From Nemertoderma westbladi (lineage: Eukaryota; Animalia; Xenacoelomorpha), in NCBI GenBank assembly GCA_032718475.1, contig JAUCBJ010002231.1, positions 1 through 40,517 on the forward strand: a stretch of DNA of 40,517 bases. The letters are read 5' to 3'. The position numbers and the translations under genes are program-made. Shown piece by piece: positions 21,245 through 32,508 of this stretch (position 1 is its first letter; each line of letters begins with the position of its first letter). Under the pieces are notes generated by a model. The model had not been told where the DNA came from. It saw only the letters and a list, made by a program, of their open reading frames with translations, and did not search any database.

Positions 21245-24200
21245 TCCCGTATAGTTTAACTTTATCTCCCTACCTGTAGGTTTCCTCCCATATAGAATAA
21301 CTTTTTATCCCTACCTATACGTTTCCTCCCATATCGTATAACTTTATATCCCTATCTGTAGGTTACCTCCCGTATAGTTTAACTTTATGTCCCTACCTGT
21401 AGATTACCTCACGTATGCCGTATAATTTAACTTTATATTCCTACCTATACGTTTCATCCCGTATAGTATAACTTTATATCCCTACCTATAGGTTACCTCC
21501 CGTATAATTTATCTTTATGTCCCTACCTGTAGGTTACCTCCCTATAGTTTAACTTCATGTCCCTACCTATAATAGGTTACCTCCCGTATAATTTAACTTT
21601 ATATCCCTACCTATACGTTTCCTCCCATGTCGTATAACTTTATATATCCCTATCTGTAGGTTACCTCCCGTATAGTTTAACTTTATATCCCTCCCTACCC
21701 ACTGTATACGTTTCCTCCCATATATTATATCTTTATATCCATATCTGTAGGTTACATCCCGTATAGTTTAACTTTATGTCCCTACCTTTAGGTTTCCTCC
21801 GATATAGCATAACTTTATATTCCTACCTATACGTTTCCTCCCGAACAGTTTAACTTTATGTCCCTACCTGTAGGCCACCTCCCATATAATTTAACTTTAT
21901 ATTCCTACCTATACGTTTCCTCCCGTACAGTTTAACTTTATGTCCCTACCTGTAGGCCACCTCCCGTATAATTTAACTTTATATTCCTACCTATACGTTT
22001 CCTCCCGTACAGTTTAACGTTATGTCCCTACCTGTAGGCCACCTCCCGTATAATTTAACTTTATATTCCTACCTATACGTTTCCTCCCGTACAGTTTAAC
22101 TTTATGTCCCTACCTGTAGGCCACCTCCCATATAATTTAACTTTATATTCCTACCTATACGTTTCCTCCCGTACAGTTTAACTTTATGTCCCTACCTGTA
22201 GGCCACCTCCCGTATAATTTAACTTTATATTCCTACCTATACGTTTCCTCCCGTACAGTTTAACTTTATGTCCCTACCTGTAGGCCACCTCCCATATAAT
22301 TTAACTTTATATTCCTACCTATACGTTTCCTCCCGTACAGTTTAACTTTATGTCCCTACCTGTAGGCCACCTCCCATATAATTTAACTTTATATTCCTAC
22401 CTATACGTTTCCTCCCGTACAGTTTAACGTTATGTCCCTACCTGTAGGCCACCTCCAGTATAATTTAACTTTATATTCCTACCTATACGTTTCCTCCCGT
22501 ACAGTTTAACTTTATGTCCCTACCTATAATAGGTTACCTCCCGTATAATTTAACTTTATATTCCTACCTATACGTTTCCTCCCATATCGTATAACTTTAA
22601 ATATCCCTATCTGTAGGTTACCTCCCGTACAGTTTAACTTTATGTCCCTACCTGTAGGCCACCTCCAGTATAATTTAACTTTATATTCCTACCTATACGT
22701 TTCCTCCCGTACAGTTTAACTTTATGTCCCTACCTGTAGGCCACCTCCAGTATAATTTAACTTTATATTCCTACCTATACGTTTCCTCCCGTACAGTTTA
22801 ACTTTATGTCCCTACCTGTAGGCCACCTCCCGTATAATTTAACTTTATATTCCTACCTATACGTTTCCTCCCGTACAGTTTAACTTTATGTCCCTACCTG
22901 TAGGCCACCTCCCATATAATTTAACTTTATATTCCTACCTATACGTTTCCTCCCGTACAGTTTAACGTTATGTCCCTACCTGTAGGCCACCTCCCGTATA
23001 ATTTAACTTTATATTCCTACCTATACGTTTCCTCCCGTACAGTTTAACTTTATGTCCCTACCTATAATAGGTTACCTCCCGTATAATTTAACTTTATATT
23101 CCTACCTATACGTTTCCTCCCATATCGTATAACTTTAAATATCCCTATCTGTAGGTTACCTCCCGTACAGTTTAACTTTATGTCCCTACCTGTAGGCCAC
23201 CTCCAGTATAATTTAACTTTATATTCCTACCTATACGTTTCCTCCCGTACAGTTTAACTTTATGTCCCTACCTGTAGGCCACCTCCCATATAATTTAACT
23301 TTATATTCCTACCTATACGTTTCCTCCCGTACAGTTTAACTTTATGTCCCTACCTGTAGGCCACCTCCAGTATAATTTAACTTTATATTCCTACCTATAC
23401 GTTTCCTCCCGTACAGTTTAACTTTATGTCCCTACCTGTAGGCCACCTCCCATATAATTTAACTTTATATTCCTACCTATACGTTTCCTCCCGTACAGTT
23501 TAACTTTATGTCCCTACCTGTAGGCCACCTCCAGTATAATTTAACTTTATATTCCTACCTATACGTTTCCTCCCGTACAGTTTAACTTTATGTCCCTACC
23601 TATAATAGGTTACCTCCCGTATAATTTAACTTTATATTCCTACCTATACGTTTCCTCCCATATCGTATAACTTTAAATATCCCTATCTGTAGGTTACCTC
23701 CCGTACAGTTTAACTTTATGTCCCTACCTGTAGGCCACCTCCCATATAATTTAACTTTATATTCCTACCTATACGTTTCCTCCCGTACAGTTTAACTTTA
23801 TGTCCCTACCTGTAGGCCACCTCCCGTATAATTTAACTTTATATTCCTACCTATACGTTTCCTCCCGTACAGTTTAACTTTATGTCCCTACCTGTAGGCC
23901 ACCTCCAGTATAATTTAACTTTATATTCCTACCTATACGTTTCCTCCCGTACAGTTTAACTTTATGTCCCTACCTGTAGGCCACCTCCCGTATAATTTAA
24001 CTTTATATTCCTACCTATACGTTTCCTCCCGTACAGTTTAACTTTATGTCCCTACCTGTAGGCCACCTCCCATATAATTTAACTTTATATTCCTACCTAT
24101 ACGTTTCCTCCCGTACAGTTTAACTTTATGTCCCTACCTGTAGGCCACCTCCCATATAATTTAACTTTATATTCCTACCTATACGTTTCCTCCCGTACAG

Positions 24201-26981
24201 TTTAACTTTATGTCCCTACCTGTAGGCCACCTCCCGTATAATTTAACTTTATATTCCTACCTATACGTTTCCTCCCGTACAGTTTAACTTTATGTCCCTA
24301 CCTGTAGGCCACCTCCCGTATAATTTAACTTTATATTCCTACCTATACGTTTCCTCCCGTACAGTTTAACTTTATGTCCCTACCTGTAGGCCACCTCCCG
24401 TATAATTTAACTTTATATTCCTACCTATACGTTTCCTCCCGTACAGTTTAACTTTATGTCCCTACCTGTAGGCCACCTCCCATATAATTTAACTTTATAT
24501 TCCTACCTATACGTTACCTCCCGTACAGTTTAACGTTATGTCCCTACCTGTAGGCCACCTCCCGTATAATTTAACTTTATATTCCTACCTATACGTTTCC
24601 TCCCGTACAGTTTAACTTTATGTCCCTACCTGTAGGCCACCTCCCGTATAATTTAACTTTATATTCCTACCTATACGTTTCCTCCCGTACAGTTTAACTT
24701 TATGTCCCTACCTGTAGGCCACCTCCCATATAATTTAACTTTATATTCCTACCTATACGTTTCCTCCCGTACAGTTTAACTTTATGTCCCTACCTGTAGG
24801 CCACCTCCCATATAGTTTAACTTTATATTCCTACCTATACGTTACCTCCCGTACAGTTTAACGTTATGTCCCTACCTGTAGGCCACCTCCCATATAATTT
24901 AACTTTATATTCCTACCTATACGTTTCCTCCCGTACAGTTTAACGTTATGTCCCTACCTGTAGGCCACCTCCCGTATAATTTAACTTTATATTCCTACCT
25001 ATACGTTTCCTCCCGTACAGTTTAACTTTATGTCCCTACCTGTAGGCCACCTCCCGTATAATTTAACTTTATATTCCTACCTATACATTTCCTCCCATAC
25101 CGTATAACTTTAAATATCCCTATCTGTAGGTTACCTCCCGTACAGTTTAACTTTATGTCCCTACCTGTAGGCCACCTCCCATATAGTTTAACTTTATATT
25201 CCTACCTATACGTTTCCTCCCGTACAGTTTAACTTTATGTCCCTACCTGTAGGCCACCTCCCGTATAATTTAACTTTATATTCCTACCTATACGTTTCCT
25301 CCCGTACAGTTTAACTTTATGTCCCTACCTGTAGGCCACCTCCCATATAGTTTAACTTTATATTCCTACCTATACGTTTCCTCCCGTACAGTTTAACTTT
25401 ATGTCCCTACCTGTAGGCCACCTCCCATATAGTTTAACTTTATATTCCTACCTATACGTTTCCTCCCGTACAGTTTAACTTTATGTCCCTACCTGTAGGC
25501 CACCTCCCGTATAATTTAACTTTATATTCCTACCTATACGTTTCCTCCCGTACAGTTTAACTTTATGTCCCTACCTGTAGGCCACCTCCCGTATAATTTA
25601 ACTTTATGTCCCTACCTGTAGGCCACCTCCCATATAGTTTAACTTTATGTCCCTATCTATAGGCTTCCTCCCGTATAGTTTAACTTTATGTCCCTACCTG
25701 TAGGCCACCTCCCGTATAATTTAACTTTATATTCCTACCTATACGTTTCCTCCCGTACAGTTTAACTTTATGTCCCTACCTGTAGGCCACCTCCCGTATA
25801 ATTTAACTTTATATTCCTACCTATACGTTTCCTCCCGTACAGTTTAACTTTATGTCCCTACCTGTAGGCCACCTCCAGTATAATTTAACTTTATATTCCT
25901 ACCTATACGTTTCCTCCCGTACAGTTTAACTTTATGTCCCTACCTGTAGGCCACCTCCCGTATAATTTAACTTTATATTCCTACCTATACGTTTCCTCCC
26001 GTACAGTTTAACTTTATGTCCCTACCTGTAGGCCACCTCCCATATAATTTAACTTTATATTCCTACCTATACGTTACCTCCCGTACAGTTTAACGTTATG
26101 TCCCTACCTGTAGGCCACCTCCCGTATAATTTAACTTTATATTCCTACCTATACGTTTCCTCCCGTACAGTTTAACTTTATGTCCCTACCTGTAGGCCAC
26201 CTCCCGTATAATTTAACTTTATGTCCCTACCTGTAGGCCACCTCCCATATAGTTTAACTTTATGTCCCTATCTATAGGCTTCCTCCCGTATAGTTTAACT
26301 TTATGTCCCTACCTGTAGGCCACCTCCCATATAATTTAACTTTATATTCCTACCTATACGTTTCCTCCCGTACAGTTTAACTTTATGTCCCTACCTGTAG
26401 GCCACCTCCCATATAGTTTAACTTTATATTCCTACCTATACGTTTCCTCCCGTACAGTTTAACTTTATGTCCCTACCTGTAGGCCACCTCCCGTATAATT
26501 TAACTTTATATTCCTACCTATACGTTTCCTCCCGTACAGTTTAACTTTATGTCCCTACCTGTAGGCCACCTCCCATATAATTTAACTTTATATTCCTACC
26601 TATACGTTTCCTCCCGTACAGTTTAACTTTATGTCCCTACCTGTAGGCCACCTCCCGTATAATTTAACTTTATATTCCTACCTATACGTTTCCTCCCGTA
26701 CAATTTAACTTTATGTCCCTACCTGTAGGCCACCTCCCGTATAATTTAACTTTATATTCCTACCTATACGTTTCCTCCCGTACAGTTTAACTTTATGTCC
26801 CTACCTGTAGGCACCTCCTGTATAATTTAACTTTATGTCCCTACCTGTAGGCCACCTCCCATATAGTTTAACTTTATGTCCCTATCTATAGGCTTCCTCC
26901 CATATAGTTTAACTTTATGTCCCTATCTATAGGCTTCCTCCCGTATAGTTTAACTTTATGTCCCTACCTGTAGGTTTCCTC
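21245..26981 (-). repeat. 41-bp minisatellite (~140 monomers, mostly as an 82-bp dimer) made of the exon 3 / intron 3 donor junction
   Basis: Terminal unit 26941-26981 = last 14 nt of exon 3 (GAGGAAACCTACAG) + first 27 nt of intron (gtagggacataaagttaaactatacgg); array alternates ...GTGGCCTACAG|GTAGGGAC... and ...AAACGTATAG|GTAGGAAT... monomers. Confidence 0.96.
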
Positions 26982-27131
26982 AGTACTAATCGACATCCCA
27001 GCGGACTGGAAATGCGACCCCAGTTCGATAATATTGGGCACCGGTGATTGGGCGTCATCATCATCCATAGCAACGTCCATTTCCTCGTCAGTCGCTTTGA
27101 ATAGAGTTGTTTCGAGCTCAGCGTTGGCGAT
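26968..27131 (-). CDS. RSPH4A: Radial spoke head protein 4/6 family, coding exon 3
   Basis: tttataaag|ATC...ACCTACAG|gtaggg, 164 nt; IANAELETTLFKATDEEMDVAMDDDDAQSPVPNIIELGSHFQSAGMSISTEETY(R); phases join exons 2 and 4. Confidence 0.88.
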
Positions 27132-27339
27132 CTTTATAAACAAATAAATTAAACCAATAAATTATTTTATAGCTCTCACGGGATGCAAATGTGATTTATA
27201 TATTTTTTATTATAAGTAATTACTTACTATTCTATTCAAATTCAATAAATAAATAATTCAACCTTTTTTTAAATAAATTAATAATTATATACGATTTTTC
27301 GACTTGTTAATAAATTATTGTTATAAAATAACAACTTAC

Positions 27340-27493
27340 CTCATTGGGTTTCTCTGGTCTATCGTAGATATAGTCTTCACTGGCCTTCGCCCTCTCCTTT
27401 TTAACATTCTTACTAAGTTCCTCGAAGTAGTCGACTATATTTCCCGGCCTTTTACTTAGTATGTTAGACAATAACTCTGCGAGGTGGTCGTAT
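27340..27493 (-). CDS. RSPH4A: Radial spoke head protein 4/6 family, coding exon 2
   Basis: atttaag|A...AATGAG|gtaagt, 154 nt; (L)YDHLAELLSNILSKRPGNIVDYFEELSKNVKKERAKASEDYIYDRPEKPNE, matching LYDHL...IL..RP.N.VD.FE..S..VK. Confidence 0.92.
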
Positions 27494-27953
27494 CTTAAAT
27501 AGTAAATAGATGCGTATTCACTAAGTTTGTTGGCTATTAACTATTAATTTATTACAAATTGTCTACATGGCGAAAGCACATTCATATCATAAGGAATTTA
27601 AGGCAGTTGTTGGGGCACGTCACGCAAACGCTATGTATCTTTTTCATAGCAACAATGCCACTTTAATGTTTGTTGAGAAGAAAACGTACCTACAACTCTT
27701 TGAGGTGGTCTTACCTAAAATATCAGAAACGTATTTATTTATCACTTATATTTGCTATTTAAATACATAGCGATTTCTCTATTTCAAGAAACACCGGTTT
27801 AGATTCACCCCTTGGAGTCGTTTAAAGTGACCGGGTTTAAAGGTCACACCTTGGTGTAGTGATTAAATCCGTTGCAAACTTTGTGCGTTATCAATCCCTG
27901 GCGTAATGGCTGAAGAAAACTCTACTTTACTTAAAGAGGTGTACAAAACTTAC

Positions 27954-28129
27954 AGGTTTAGGCCGGATTGCGTGCTCGATTGTAGCATAAACGCTTTGGC
28001 GTCCTGGTACTTCTGTTCGCTGACATTAACCAGTCCATTGGTCGCATTGTCCCCCACTGCTGGAACAACAGGCGAACCGGCATCGGCTGCAGCCTCAGGC
28101 ACAACGTCTGGTTCCGCGGTCCCATTCAT
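27954..28129 (-). CDS. RSPH4A: Radial spoke head protein 4/6 family, coding exon 1
   Basis: ATG at 28129; MNGTAEPDVV...KYQDAKAFMLQSSTQSGLN(L), donor CT|gtaagt; matches AKAYLL..S..SG.NLYDHL across the junction. Confidence 0.88.
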
Positions 28130-28345
28130 TCTGATTTAATTCAAACACTTTTACTTTAATCAATATAGTTTTACAGGTATTACTTTACTGGAATTTCCTA
28201 GTTCACTATATTTTGTCACAAAATGATCACTTTTTATCAAATTATTAATTAAAGCAAGAAAGCTGTTATTACAAGATTATAAATTTGAAAGCAGGGCACA
28301 AATATCAGCTGCACCGGTATGCACTGGTTGCAGATAGTTTACAGT

Positions 28346-28358
28346 GTTGCCAAGTAAC
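28346..28358. promoter_or_regulatory. RFX X-box upstream of the RSPH gene
   Basis: GTTGCC-A-AGTAAC fits GTNRCC-N(0-3)-RGYAAC, 217 bp upstream of the ATG of a ciliary gene; CCAAT box (plus-strand CTGATTGG) at ~28387-28394. Confidence 0.65.
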
Positions 28359-29055
28359 TCCAACAATAACTACAAGAGCAGGCTTTCTGATTGGTTGACT
28401 TTGTAGGATGGCATCAGGCGCCAAGTTTAAACAATAATTTATTGTATACAGGCCTTTGTAGTATAAAGGGCCGTTTTACACATGGCAACATTTTTGTGAA
28501 ACTTGTTCAGCGACTAGTAACTTCATTTTAAGCAACTGGAATTATTCGCAGTATAAACGTGGCTAATTTGGTACAGCAGCTTCGTGTTTAGACAGAGCAA
28601 CATGATCGGCAACCTGGGTTAAGCTCGCCAAGTCGCTGACAGGGTTATCTTGTTGTAGTAGGTGGTAGGGTGGATCTGATCTACGCTGCCCAGATATGCG
28701 CAAGTAACTGTAGGATTATTGCAACAAATTATCCTAGGTTATGCCGTATCATTTGTTGAGTTTTGATAAATAAATTTATTTTTTTACTAAAAAATGTATC
28801 TAGTTTGGCCACTGTTTTGTATTTGTATATCGTCACTTAATCAACTACTAGGGCATTAGTGCAGCAGTGAGTACCAACCACTGAAGTTGGCTCTCAGACT
28901 CAGAACTGTTGTGTTCCTACTTACTTTGTTAATTTCTTACAAAATTGTACATAACAACATTTAACCACTTAAAACATTAGCCACAGCGAAAACCATCATA
29001 AACTTTAGCGATAATTTTACTGAGTTAGTGTTTGTATGATTTCCTATTTTTTTTT

Positions 29056-29115
29056 AGACAGACGGACAGATGAGATAGACAGACAGACGGACAGATAGAC
29101 CTAACGACAGACAGC
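29056..29115. repeat. Degenerate (GACA/GATA/GACG)n microsatellite
   Basis: AGACAGACGGACAGATGAGATAGACAGACAGACGGACAGATAGAC... Confidence 0.7.
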
Positions 29116-29865
29116 ATAAATTTGTCAAACGGGAAAACTGACGTTAGAAATGAATTCACCGATCAGAAAAACCCCATAGCAATAATTTTTGTACGCGCTC
29201 TTTATTCTCTGCGCTTTTGATCGGTCAATGCGAATTAGTCTACACGGTTTCATTCTTTTAGTACGATTGTGTGTACGTATTGATAGCGCGGCGATCGGCC
29301 AAATAAGATCGGTCCGATTACGTAATTCGGGCAGTATGTATAGATAGTAAATAGTTACGTTATCGTTCATATGCGCAACTCTGGCATCTTAAAAAATGAA
29401 AGGGAAATGAGCAGGTTACAGTCAGTGGCGGTGTTTTCCAACCGAAACAATAAACGAAACTAGATTCCTTAATCAACGGAAAGGGGTAGGTTTCAGTGGC
29501 GGGCTTTTCTAATCAAAACAATAACGATAACTCAATATCAATACGGTAATATAGGTTACAGTCTTATAATAGCCGTACTGTCATATGCTTAGTGCAGTTA
29601 GTCTTAGTAGTGATACTATTCCTATGTTATGTTTATTTGTTTATGTCAGTATGTGGCTATGTGCTGATGTGTAAGGATTACAGGATTATATACGATAAAG
29701 GAATATTCTTTTTTTCTTTAATCTGTCTCCTCTACCAGTTTTCATTATTTTCGACTCCTGGGTATATAATTTTCCCGACATACCACTGTACCAGTCCAGT
29801 ATTCAGGATTGACTGACTAATGTTAGATCGTACTGTCCGACTGTCCCAATTACTGGCAATTGGCA

Positions 29866-32145
29866 ATGTCTTGTAGATTATTTTATTGCCGAGGTCTTAC
29901 TCGATGGACCATTCCTACTTCCATCCCATCCATATATAATAAGTCAACCTCACAACATTGGGGACTTCCAAGGCGGATTGTAAGGGCTGCTACGCACACC
30001 GCCAGCCACGCAACCGACACCTCCGTAGTCCCAAACCAACGGATCCGAAACATAGGAATATCCGCTCACATAGACCACGGTAAGACGACGCTAACAGAGC
30101 GAATCCTTTACTACGCGGGTCGTATAGAGCAGATACACGAGGTTCGGGGTCGGGATGGGGTGGGGGCGACCATGGATTCAATGGAGCTGGAGCGCCAACG
30201 AGGGATTACAATCAGATCGGCGGCGACTTACATCGATTGGAACGGTTACCAGGTAAATATAATCGATACTCCCGGTCACGTCGACTTCACCATCGAAGTA
30301 GAACGTGCGTTGCGGGTTCTAGATGGTGCTGTTCTGGTGCTATGCGGTGTCGGTGGCGTCCAATCGCAGACTCTAACAGTGAACCGACAGCTGACTCGGT
30401 ACGAGGTCCCCTGTATCGCGTTCATAAACAAGTTGGACAGGATGTGGGGCGATGCGGATCGCGTGCTGCAGCAGTTGCGAACTCGGTTGAATCACAACGC
30501 GGCCATGGTGACCCTCCCCGTCGGGAGAGAGGCTGAGTTCATCGGCGTCGTCGACCTAATCAAACAGCGGATGGTCCAGTTCGAGGGTCGCCATGGCGAG
30601 CGGTTGGTTTACTCCGCGGTCCCGGAAGCGTTGAGGGATCGAACTCGGGCCGCGCGACGCGAACTGATCGAGCGAGTTGCAGACGTCGACGAGGAGATAG
30701 GCGATCTGTTCCTCGCGGACTCCGAACCGACAGAGTCGCAGCTGTATGCCGCTATCCGACGCGCTGTGATCCGTCGGACTTTCACCCCGGTGTTTGTCGG
30801 TTCTGCGCTCAAGAATAAAGGCGTGCAGACGCTGTTGGACGGCGTGGTTAACTTTCTCCCGGACCCGTCCGAACGAGATCACTCCGCGATGTCCGTCCGG
30901 GACGGAGTCGCCGATTCCGACTCTCGGACTCCCCTCGACCCGTCCCGCGACGCCGACAACCCCTTCGTCGCGCTGGCCTTCAAGTTGGACGCATCGAGCC
31001 ACGGACAGCTCAGTTACATCCGGGTCTACCAGGGGGCGTTGCGACGCGGCGAATCCGTGACTAACAGTCGGACCCGGAGTCGGACTCGGATCCAGCGGTT
31101 GGTCCGTCTGCACGCGGACCAGCTGACCGACACTGAGTGGGCCCGGGCCGGGGACATAGTCGCGATACACGGGGTGGACTGCGCCGCGAGCGGGGACACG
31201 CTGACCCGAGGCGGTAGCGAGGAGGTAACCATGGAGGGCATGTTCGTGCCGGAGCCGGTTGTGTCGCTCAGCGTTACCCCTAACAACAGGGCCGCCTCCG
31301 AGAAGTTCAGCCGCGGATTGGCCCGCTTCCAACGCGAGGACCCCACGCTGCGGGTCGCCTACGACCGCGAGTACAAGGAGACCGTCATGTCCGGGATGGG
31401 GGAACTCCATCTGGAGGTGTACGCGCAGCGGTTGGAGCGGGAGTTCGGGTGCGCGGTTACTCTGGGGCAACCGCGGGTCGCCTTCAGGGAGACCCTAACC
31501 GAACGGGTAGCCTTCGACTTCCTACACAAGAAGCAGTCGGGAGGCCGGGGGCAGTACGGGAGGGTGAAGGGCTACGTGGAACCCATGGAGAACTCGACCT
31601 ACAACGAATTCCTCGACTCCACGTCGGGGCTCAACATCCCCAAGAACTTCATCCCGCACATCCGGTCCGGGTTCCTGTCCGGCTGTGAGTCCGGCCCGCT
31701 GATCGGACACAAACTGTCCGGGATCCGGATGGTCCTGCAGGACGGGGCCTCCCATCCCGTCGACTCCAACGACATCGCCTTCACGCTCGCGGGGTTGGGG
31801 GCCCTCCGGCAGGTTATCGATCTCGCCATGGACGCGACCGCTGTGAGCGTCGTGGAGCCGGTTATGCGGGTCGAGGTTTCCGCTCCCACAGAGTTCCAGG
31901 ACGCCGCCGTCCATCTGATCTCGCTACGATCCGGATCCATAGACTCGGTTTATCCCGCACAGGAACTGTTCTCCATCGAGGCGACGGTTCCTCTCAACGA
32001 TATGTTTGGGTTCTCCGCCTCGCTTAGGAGTTGCACCCAAGGGAAGGGCGAGTTCACCATGGAATACAGTCACTACTCACCCTGTAGAACCTCAGTACTG
32101 GAAACTTTATTAGAGAAATTCCGCTCTCCGCGGGGGAGAAAGTAG
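29866..32145 (+). CDS. GFM1: Mitochondrial elongation factor G1, single exon (759 aa)
   Basis: Arg/Ser/Thr-rich presequence, then RNIGISAHIDHGKTTLTERILYY, MDSMELERQRGITI, NIIDTPGHVDFTIEVERALRVLDGA, NKLD, GSALKNKGVQ, HKKQSGGRGQYG, LRSCTQGKGEFTMEY; first ATG at 29866; AATAAA at 32177. Confidence 0.96.
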   Translation: MSCRLFYCRGLTRWTIPTSIPSIYNKSTSQHWGLPRRIVRAATHTASHATDTSVVPNQRIRNIGISAHIDHGKTTLTERILYYAGRIEQIHEVRGRDGVGATMDSMELERQRGITIRSAATYIDWNGYQVNIIDTPGHVDFTIEVERALRVLDGAVLVLCGVGGVQSQTLTVNRQLTRYEVPCIAFINKLDRMWGDADRVLQQLRTRLNHNAAMVTLPVGREAEFIGVVDLIKQRMVQFEGRHGERLVYSAVPEALRDRTRAARRELIERVADVDEEIGDLFLADSEPTESQLYAAIRRAVIRRTFTPVFVGSALKNKGVQTLLDGVVNFLPDPSERDHSAMSVRDGVADSDSRTPLDPSRDADNPFVALAFKLDASSHGQLSYIRVYQGALRRGESVTNSRTRSRTRIQRLVRLHADQLTDTEWARAGDIVAIHGVDCAASGDTLTRGGSEEVTMEGMFVPEPVVSLSVTPNNRAASEKFSRGLARFQREDPTLRVAYDREYKETVMSGMGELHLEVYAQRLEREFGCAVTLGQPRVAFRETLTERVAFDFLHKKQSGGRGQYGRVKGYVEPMENSTYNEFLDSTSGLNIPKNFIPHIRSGFLSGCESGPLIGHKLSGIRMVLQDGASHPVDSNDIAFTLAGLGALRQVIDLAMDATAVSVVEPVMRVEVSAPTEFQDAAVHLISLRSGSIDSVYPAQELFSIEATVPLNDMFGFSASLRSCTQGKGEFTMEYSHYSPCRTSVLETLLEKFRSPRGRK

Positions 32146-32508
32146 ATGTAGTTTATTTGTAGTTTAGTTACATCGGAATAAATTAGTTATAAAGGTTTAT
32201 CTTGCAGGTCAAATATTACATGTTAAAGTATTTCCATTTCGTTGACACAAATAAACTCTCGCTGTTCGATATCTCGAGATATTTATTTGTCTCCGATTGA
32301 ATCACTAAAATAAAACAAAAGTAATTATTATACAATTATTATGTCTTTATTTCCATTTTGCAGCCAAAACACTTCATATTATAAATAATAATAATATAAA
32401 ATTTAATATTCTTAGTATTACATATTATTAATAATTTTTGCTTTAATTAGTTTTAGTATTTCGTTTCTATATTATAATAAAGCTGTAAGTAAAGAAACTC
32501 TCTCCAAT

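Noticed and set aside
1025-26981. Arrays as CRISPR loci
   Set aside because: Units are contiguous with no unique spacers, no cas genes, and the context is a spliced eukaryotic gene.
29990-31940. Overlapping and antisense ORFs within GFM1
   Set aside because: Expected shadow ORFs of a GC-rich coding sequence.
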